From Eubacteriales bacterium (GTDB lineage Bacteria > Bacillota > Clostridia > Oscillospirales > CAG-272), in contig JAZOUV010000023.1 of NCBI GenBank assembly GCA_045658315.1, forward strand, positions 15,065-79,064: 64,000 nt of DNA. Reading direction: 5' to 3'. Below are positions 58,034-64,000 of the stretch, piece after piece. The position numbers were made by a program, and so were the translations under genes. A model generated the notes under the pieces. That model saw only the letters and a list, made by a program, of their open reading frames with translations. It made no database searches and was not told the DNA's origin. Position 1 is the stretch's first letter, and each line of letters starts with the position of its first letter.

Positions 58034-58091
58034 CAAAAAAACACCGCATCTGTAAATTGTTGATGACAAATGATGCGGTGCTTTTTGTTTT
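58034..58091. terminator. bidirectional terminator between the NTPase gene and the small lipoprotein gene
   Basis: A7-CACCGCATC-(21 nt)-GATGCGGTG-CTTTTTGTTTT. Confidence 0.75.
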
Positions 58092-58101
58092 AATCTGCAT
58101 T

Positions 58102-58410
58102 TTACTTCTTGCTAACGGGATAATAAATAAGACCGTTTAATGTCAAGGTGCCGTTTGAGTTAATGGAATATTCAAGCTCCATAGCTTCTCCGTTGTTGTC
58201 AATGGTAACCTTTTTTTCGTTGACCGAGTAGCTGTATTTTTCGCTTCCTTTTTTGAACCAGCCTTTGTCGTTGAATTCAATTCTGTTGCCCTCGTGTTCC
58301 CAAATGCCTACGATTTGATGTCCTTTCACATTGGAGTGGCAGGCAGAAAAAATAAAAATAAGAGCAAGAATCAATGTAATGAAGAAAAATCGTTTTTTTA
58401 GGGTGAACAT
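58102..58410 (-). CDS. small lipoprotein of unknown function
   Basis: 102 aa. Signal peptide plus lipobox (LIFIFSAC). All-beta-looking mature part. Confidence 0.6.
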   Translation of the reverse strand: MFTLKKRFFFITLILALIFIFSACHSNVKGHQIVGIWEHEGNRIEFNDKGWFKKGSEKYSYSVNEKKVTIDNNGEAMELEYSINSNGTLTLNGLIYYPVSKK

Positions 58411-58559
58411 AAATTATACCTCATAAGATTATATTATATAGATAGTATTTACCGAAAAACCGTGTGTTAAACTATGCAAACTTGACATAGGTGAGCAAAA
58501 ATGGTATAATATAATGCATAAGACGGTTTTAGAATTACATATTTTGAAAGGCTTAAAAT

Positions 58560-60800
58560 ATGAAAAGAATCAAAATAAACAAAATCGGATATATAACATT
58601 TCTTTTAATATCGCTGGGGCTTATACTGTTTTTTATCCTATATCAGCCAAAAAAGATAACAGAAGAGCCGAAATACGAGCCGGCTCCCCCCGAAGCTCCA
58701 CGACTTTCTTCGCTCGGTGCCATAGGCGAAACTGTGAAATTTGAAAGCGAGGTCAGGTATTACGAGATAAAGGTGCCTGCGGGTAATCCTGTTTTGCCGC
58801 AGATTTGGGCAAATGCTTTGTCGTCAGACACAGAACTGAAAATATATCAGGCGTTTTTCGCAAAGGATTCAAACGAGGCATCGGCAAGAATATACCTTGA
58901 TGACGGAAAGTATCAGAACAGCTATGAAGTTAAGTTTGTAAAAGATATATCAAAGGGTTTTATACTTCAGTACGATGACAGATATACCTTTACTCCCCAG
59001 TACAAGCTGAAAGACGGAGAGGTATTTACATATTCGGTTGAAAGCGAGGGCGGAAATGTAACGGTTAATGAGTCGGGCGTAATAAGAGCGGTCGGCGTCA
59101 GCGATACACCGTCTAACGTAAAGGCGTATGTGGGCGAAAAGCTTGTTGACAGCTTTACCGTAACAAAGACGGTAAAGGCTGTTCTCGATATGTTTATCGT
59201 GGCAGGTCAGGGAAATGCCGCAGGTGAGGGCGGTAATATTGAAGAAAGCATAAAGCCATTGGCGGGAACGGCTTATACGGTAGAGCTTGATGACAGAGAG
59301 TATAAGATGCAAGACCTTTCGGAAGGAAGAAAGGGCTTTACACCGGCATTGGCAGCCCAATGGTATTTATATACAGGGGAAAAAGCGTTATTTGTACAGA
59401 CTGCCGTATCTGACGTTTCGGTAACAAAGTGGACAAAGGGCGGCGAGGCATATCAGATGGCACTGACCCGTATTGAATATTTTAAAAACAGCTTGAGCAC
59501 CGAAGGCTCCCCTTTTGAGTTGAACAGAGTTTTTTGCGTTTGGCTTCAGGGCGAATGGGATATAGCACATGGAATGACCTCCGATGAGTATATATATTAT
59601 TTCAACGATTTTTATACATGGATAAATGAGAGTATTGACCTTGAAATGACAGCGATTATTCCGGTAAGAGCGTCGCTTGTAAAAGAGGGGGAGGAGAGTC
59701 AGATAGCACCCATTTGCTCGGCTCAGTATATGCTTGGGAATATGTATGACGAGTTAAGAATAATAACCCGAATTACAGAAGATGCAACTATTGAAAACGG
59801 TATGGTAGGCGAGGGCAATCTTTATTATACTCAGAACGGATATAATGAAATAGGCAAGGATGCGGCATTTAATTTGTATAACTGCTACAGCTCCGACACC
59901 GATAAATCCGTGCGTAAGATAGAGCTTTTCGGAAACACTCACAAGGATTTGTTTAAATACGGAGAAACGGTAGAATTGAGGTTGGATGAGACTATCAGAA
60001 CGGTTGCCGTGGTATCGCCTCTTTATGCGGAAACGACCCGTGTTCAAGTTGACTATGATGAAAATTTGTTGACCTATACGAAGGGCGGACTTATAGGAAT
60101 AGCCGAAACCAATGACGGAACGACTGCCGAAATGCTTTTTTCGTGCGGAGATATTGACTTTAAGTTTAATGTAAAATATGTTCCCGAGGACACGGAAGCT
60201 CCTAAAAAGATTATTTCTTATTTATGGGAGTTTAACGACCTTAGCGAGAGTATGGGTACAAATAATCTGACTTTGTCGGAGAGGTCGAATGCCGATCAAT
60301 ATACAATAGCTGACGGAGTACTTGTTTCAGCCGAAAGACAGGCAGATTTTGTGCTTGGAAGTTTGGTAGAGCTGACTTCCGAAGCTGATTGGGAAATAGA
60401 ATGGACAGGATTGTTGAATGACAACGGTATTATTCTCGGTAACGGGTTCAGTACCAAAGGATATATATATCTTGCACCCTATGCACAGAATATGGGATAT
60501 TCGGTAAGATTAGTTGATAATGATGGGCAGACCATTTATTTGGCATACGGAGAATATGCCGAGGCGAACAGGGATATGAATGGCTGGAAGATAGGTTATA
60601 CACAAGAGAACAGGACAATCGTTTTGTATGCAAACGGTGTTGCGGTTTCGGAATATAAGGCAGATAAACCTTTTTCGTTCAGTTTTACGAATTTGCTGGG
60701 AAGATATGGCAGTGAGAACGTAAATTACTGTTATACGGGAAGTTTGGATAGTTTAAAGATCACTTTTGCATCTTACGAGATAACAGAGCAAGGGGAATAA
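58560..60800 (+). CDS. membrane-anchored multidomain envelope protein: SASA/DUF303-like esterase fold with GQGN in place of GQSN, plus a C-terminal LamG/concanavalin-like domain
   Basis: 746 aa. N-terminal TM anchor (IGYITFLLISLGLILFFILY). FIVAGQGNAAGEG and VWLQGEWD resemble the GQSNMxG and WxQGExD blocks of sialate-O-acetylesterase-like enzymes. The C-terminal ~190 aa look lectin/LamG-like. Confidence 0.65.
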   Translation: MKRIKINKIGYITFLLISLGLILFFILYQPKKITEEPKYEPAPPEAPRLSSLGAIGETVKFESEVRYYEIKVPAGNPVLPQIWANALSSDTELKIYQAFFAKDSNEASARIYLDDGKYQNSYEVKFVKDISKGFILQYDDRYTFTPQYKLKDGEVFTYSVESEGGNVTVNESGVIRAVGVSDTPSNVKAYVGEKLVDSFTVTKTVKAVLDMFIVAGQGNAAGEGGNIEESIKPLAGTAYTVELDDREYKMQDLSEGRKGFTPALAAQWYLYTGEKALFVQTAVSDVSVTKWTKGGEAYQMALTRIEYFKNSLSTEGSPFELNRVFCVWLQGEWDIAHGMTSDEYIYYFNDFYTWINESIDLEMTAIIPVRASLVKEGEESQIAPICSAQYMLGNMYDELRIITRITEDATIENGMVGEGNLYYTQNGYNEIGKDAAFNLYNCYSSDTDKSVRKIELFGNTHKDLFKYGETVELRLDETIRTVAVVSPLYAETTRVQVDYDENLLTYTKGGLIGIAETNDGTTAEMLFSCGDIDFKFNVKYVPEDTEAPKKIISYLWEFNDLSESMGTNNLTLSERSNADQYTIADGVLVSAERQADFVLGSLVELTSEADWEIEWTGLLNDNGIILGNGFSTKGYIYLAPYAQNMGYSVRLVDNDGQTIYLAYGEYAEANRDMNGWKIGYTQENRTIVLYANGVAVSEYKADKPFSFSFTNLLGRYGSENVNYCYTGSLDSLKITFASYEITEQGE

Positions 60801-60820
60801 TATTTGAAAGGAACGGTCGT

Positions 60821-62146
60821 ATGGGCAGAAAGAGCAGAATTAAATATATGATCGCCGCATTATTGCTTTTGTTTATATCGGCTGTTTCGGCGGTGCTTTC
60901 AGGCGGTGTTGCGGAAAAGACTGTTTATCTCAGAACGGGCGGACAGGGGGACGGTTCAACTTACGAAGAGGCGGTAGGCGATTTCAAAGAGGCCGTGAGG
61001 ATTCTTGCGAAGGACGGCGGAAGGCTCGTCATTTGCGGTAAATATACTTTTACTGAGCTTATTAATCTTTCAGAGAAAAGCGGAACGTCTAACGGTTCGA
61101 GGGTTATAACCGTAACAAGCGTTGACGGCGACACCGATTACCGTCAGACCGATAACGCTATGCTGTGTGTCGGAGACGGTAAGACGTCTGCAAATATGAT
61201 TTTGGCAGGTAGATTCGTTTTTGAGAATTTAAATGTTGTAACAAACGGCGGACAGACGCCGAGAGCAGTAATATGCGGCGGTTACGAGACTGTTTTTGGT
61301 GAGGGAATAGTGTGCACCAAGCAGGGAGACGCACCTTATTTGTCTATAGTGGGAATATCATTTGACGAAACACCCGTGTTTTCGGGCGGCAATGTGACGG
61401 TGAAAAGCGGAGCTTATAACAATGTGTGTGCGGGAAGCAGGTGCGGAAACAGCAAGGGAGACACGGTTCTTACTATAGACGGCGGAACATTTGAAGGAGT
61501 TGTTTCTGCAAGCGGTTACAAAAGTATTGGAGCAAAGCAGGAGGGGAATGCCGTTTTAGTGATAAACGGCGGAAACTTTTTGGGTTTGGTAGGAAGTATA
61601 ACCGAAGTTTCGGGCGACTTTAAAATGACTTTGAACGGGGGATATTTCAGAAAAGAAATAAGTGCACAGGGAAAATACAATACTCTTGACATAAATGGCG
61701 GTAATATGCAAAATGTGACTGCTGTAAATATAGCCGATTATATAGAAGCCCCCCCTGAAACGACAGAAGACGGCAAGGAAATTGAGACCGATGCCGCAGA
61801 TGTAAAGAAGACTTCGGTAAACATAAACGAATACGGTGGCAACGTAGATAAGCTGATAAGTAAAATTAAGGGTGAAGGGGTTTTGATAAATAAGAATACA
61901 TTGGGGGGGAACGATGCTGAAACGACATCACAGTCAACGGCAGCTAATACAGCTCCCGAAACAAACATGCCGCAACCTGACGAAACGGAAGCTGTCGGGA
62001 CGGACGAACTGCCCGAAAATAGTAGAGAGAGAGAGTATTACTTAGGTTCGAGAAAGAATACTGTAATAGCGATATCGGTAATAGGTGTTGTGGTTGCTTT
62101 ATCGATAATAATGTTTGCTTACAGAACGGTATACAGAAAAAAATAA
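60821..62146 (+). CDS. cell-surface protein with beta-helix-like repeat domain and C-terminal TM anchor (paralog of the N-terminal domain of ORF 26291-29410)
   Basis: 441 aa. N-terminal signal/anchor, blocks GGRLVICGKYTFT, VFENLNVVT, RAVICGGYETVFGEGIVCT, YLSIVG and VTVKSGAYNNV shared with the 1039-aa protein, a Thr/Glu/Pro linker, and a C-terminal TM (VIAISVIGVVVALSIIMFAY) plus RKK. Confidence 0.7.
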   Translation: MGRKSRIKYMIAALLLLFISAVSAVLSGGVAEKTVYLRTGGQGDGSTYEEAVGDFKEAVRILAKDGGRLVICGKYTFTELINLSEKSGTSNGSRVITVTSVDGDTDYRQTDNAMLCVGDGKTSANMILAGRFVFENLNVVTNGGQTPRAVICGGYETVFGEGIVCTKQGDAPYLSIVGISFDETPVFSGGNVTVKSGAYNNVCAGSRCGNSKGDTVLTIDGGTFEGVVSASGYKSIGAKQEGNAVLVINGGNFLGLVGSITEVSGDFKMTLNGGYFRKEISAQGKYNTLDINGGNMQNVTAVNIADYIEAPPETTEDGKEIETDAADVKKTSVNINEYGGNVDKLISKIKGEGVLINKNTLGGNDAETTSQSTAANTAPETNMPQPDETEAVGTDELPENSREREYYLGSRKNTVIAISVIGVVVALSIIMFAYRTVYRKK

Positions 62147-62191
62147 GATAAAAAAAGGAGCTTTTGCGAGACATCTCATAAGGAAGTCTCG

Positions 62192-62412
62192 CAGTTTTAT
62201 TCGCCAAAGGCGAGTTGTATTGCTTCGCAGTTATATTATGCTTACGCATGGTGGTATTGTCCTACGGACAGTTTTTTGGGCGAATAAAATAACACTACGA
62301 CCAAAGGGAGTAATAATACTTTCACAGAGTGAAAATAGCACCCTGTGCGTTAGCACAGAATACAACTTGTTTTTTCTTTTTTGTTGTAAAAGGTTTTGTG
62401 TATCACCAAAAA
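62192..62412. repeat. multi-hairpin array element, copy B
   Basis: Collinear with copy A, with a near-identical core GGCGAGTTGTATTGCTTCGCAGTTATATT (62209-62237). Hairpins at 62201-62213, 62221-62229, 62238-62249, 62258-62270, 62320-62334 and 62343-62358. Long-range complement: 62195-62205 with 62279-62289. Ends with TATCACCAAAAA, as copy A does. Confidence 0.85.
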
Positions 62413-62461
62413 AGCTTTTGCACTTACAAATGCGATGCTGGTTCTAACTGATAAGCATAAG

Positions 62462-62491
62462 AAAAACCTCGATGAATTTCATCGAGGTTTT
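62462..62491 (-). terminator. rho-independent terminator after gdhA
   Basis: On the minus strand, AAAACCTCGATGA-aat-TCATCGAGGTTTT followed by TCTTATGC. Confidence 0.8.
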
Positions 62492-62562
62492 AATCATCTT
62501 TATGAGAAGTAGCTATTTACAGCCCCTTATGTTTTTTTAAAAAAAACTACAAAGATTAAATT

Positions 62563-63909
62563 TTACATTATACCTTGAGCCAACATAGCTTCGGCAACCT
62601 TGAAGAAAGCGGCAATGTTTGCTCCTGAGACAAGATCGTATCCGAGCTTGTATTCAGCTGCTTTTGATTCGCATTCGTCGTGAATGTTTTTCATTATGTT
62701 GCGGAGTTTTTCGTTTACCTCTTCTTCTGTCCAACTGTAACGCATACTGTTTTGACACATTTCAAGAGCAGAAACTGCAACGCCACCTGCATTTGCAGCC
62801 TTTGAAGGACCGACTGCCGATATATTTTCTTTAAGATATTTCAGTGCATCATTGGTTGTAGACATATTTGAAACTTCAATATAGTACTTAGCACCGCTTT
62901 CAACAATTTTCTTTGCTTCTTCCATATCGACTTCGTTTTGTGTTGCACAAGGCATGATTATATCAGCCTTGGTTCCCCAAGGCTTTTGACCTTTGAAGAA
63001 TTTTGCATTGGGGTATTTTTTTACATAGTCTTCAGCTTTATCTCTGCCCGAGGAACGCATTTCAAGCAAATAGTCAATCTTTTCGCCCACAATACCTTCT
63101 TCATCGTATACATAACCGTCGGGGCCGGAAATGGTAACAACCTTAGCACCAAGCTGTTCGGCTTTTTTGCATACTCCCCAGGCAACATTACCGAAGCCCG
63201 AAATTGCAATGGTTTTATTATTGATGACTTCGTTGAAATGACGGAGAATTTCTACAGTGAAGTAAACGGCACCGTATCCGGTAGCTTCGGGTCTGATAAG
63301 AGAACCGCCGTAGCTCAAAGATTTACCTGTTATAACTCCGTTTTCAAAATTACCTTTTATTCTTCTGTATTGGCCGAAGAGATAACCGACTTCTCTTGCA
63401 CCGACGCCGATGTCGCCGGCAGGTACGTCAGTGTCGGGACCGATATGTCTGTAAAGCTCTGTCATAAAGCTTTGGCAGAATCTCATGATCTCGGCATCGC
63501 TCTTGCCTCTGGGGTCAAAGTCGGAACCTCCTTTGGCACCTCCGATAGGCAGGCCTGTAAGGCTGTTTTTGAAGGTTTGTTCAAATCCCAAAAACTTCAT
63601 CATTCCCATATATACGGAGGGGTGGAAGCGGAGACCGCCTTTGTATGGACCGATAGCAGAATTAAACTGAACTCTGTAGCCGCGATTGACATTGATGTTG
63701 CCGTTATCATCGGTCCATGTAACTCTGAAAGCAATCTGTCTGTCTGGTTCTGCCATTCTTTCAAGAATGCCGTATTTTTCATATTCGGGGTGTTTGTCTA
63801 AAACAACGGAAAGGCTTCCGAAAACCTCCTCGACTGTTTGGATAAACTCAGGCTCGTATTTGTTACGTGCTTTTATCTGATCAATTGTTTTTTGAACGTA
63901 AGTATTCAT
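62563..63909 (-). CDS. gdhA: NADP-specific glutamate dehydrogenase
   Basis: 448 aa from ATG 63909 (GGGAGG 5 nt upstream). GGAKGGSDFDP and GFGNVAWG motifs of hexameric GDH. Confidence 0.95.
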   Translation of the reverse strand: MNTYVQKTIDQIKARNKYEPEFIQTVEEVFGSLSVVLDKHPEYEKYGILERMAEPDRQIAFRVTWTDDNGNINVNRGYRVQFNSAIGPYKGGLRFHPSVYMGMMKFLGFEQTFKNSLTGLPIGGAKGGSDFDPRGKSDAEIMRFCQSFMTELYRHIGPDTDVPAGDIGVGAREVGYLFGQYRRIKGNFENGVITGKSLSYGGSLIRPEATGYGAVYFTVEILRHFNEVINNKTIAISGFGNVAWGVCKKAEQLGAKVVTISGPDGYVYDEEGIVGEKIDYLLEMRSSGRDKAEDYVKKYPNAKFFKGQKPWGTKADIIMPCATQNEVDMEEAKKIVESGAKYYIEVSNMSTTNDALKYLKENISAVGPSKAANAGGVAVSALEMCQNSMRYSWTEEEVNEKLRNIMKNIHDECESKAAEYKLGYDLVSGANIAAFFKVAEAMLAQGIM

Positions 63910-63962
63910 AGTGTCCTCCCGATTTCTTATAACACTTATCAACAAATTTTGATTTTGATATT

Positions 63963-63992
63963 ATTATACTGTCTAGACAGTAAATGTGTCAA
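63963..63992 (-). promoter_or_regulatory. gdhA promoter with a 14-bp perfect palindrome in the spacer
   Basis: On the minus strand, TTGACA (63992-63987), an 18-nt spacer, then TATAAT (63968-63963). The spacer contains ACTGTCTAGACAGT (63968-63981). Confidence 0.6.
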
Positions 63993-64000
63993 CATGTAAA

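Overview
64-kb chromosomal segment from a low-GC Firmicute. Gene content and order look Clostridia-like, but I cannot name the species from sequence alone. Most of the window is housekeeping. The minus-strand block at 1-10.7 kb holds smc (5' end only), a radical SAM gene, rnc, plsX, trmFO, topA, dprA, a TrmH-family methyltransferase and rplT-rpmI-infC. After that come a cell-envelope pair (stalk-domain protein and VanY-type carboxypeptidase), a nitroreductase, purE-purF-purN-purH, a T-box-controlled cysE-cysS, rpsO-pnp, potABCD, an SDR and tRNA-Ser(GCU). Further on are a citrate-synthase-like/GntR/aconitase/isocitrate-dehydrogenase operon, mgtE, trmO, a DAG-kinase-like lipid kinase, a C26 amidotransferase-type hydrolase, ddh, an RluA-family synthase, mtaB-purL and gdhA. 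Accessory-looking content: an AT-rich islet with a DUF1273/SLOG gene and a small XRE regulator (18.0-19.0 kb); a 1039-aa secreted protein; a DUF1538 membrane protein with a tandem P-II-like partner; and a two-gene envelope locus (58.5-62.1 kb) whose second gene is a paralog of the N-terminal domain of the 1039-aa protein. I saw no rRNA, CRISPR array, transposase, integrase or recognisable defence gene. The signals I rate highest are non-coding. (1) Two copies (38523-38697 and 62192-62412) of a multi-hairpin array element keep hairpin positions while the stem sequences differ in a compensatory way. (2) Four tandem ~102-bp repeats (32222-32600) each carry a CCTCC anti-SD-like block, and three carry a 24-28-bp AT palindrome. 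(3) A consensus promoter, a ~180-nt leader with a Cys-rich 39-codon ORF and an intrinsic terminator sit immediately upstream of purE, with no recognisable purine or ZTP riboswitch. (4) A ~390-nt potA leader has two TTGCGG / two CCGCAA segments that can form mutually exclusive helices, one of which occludes the SD. (5) The tRNA-Ser 3' end is duplicated 249 bp downstream. All functional readings of these are inference and need RNA-seq or comparative checks.
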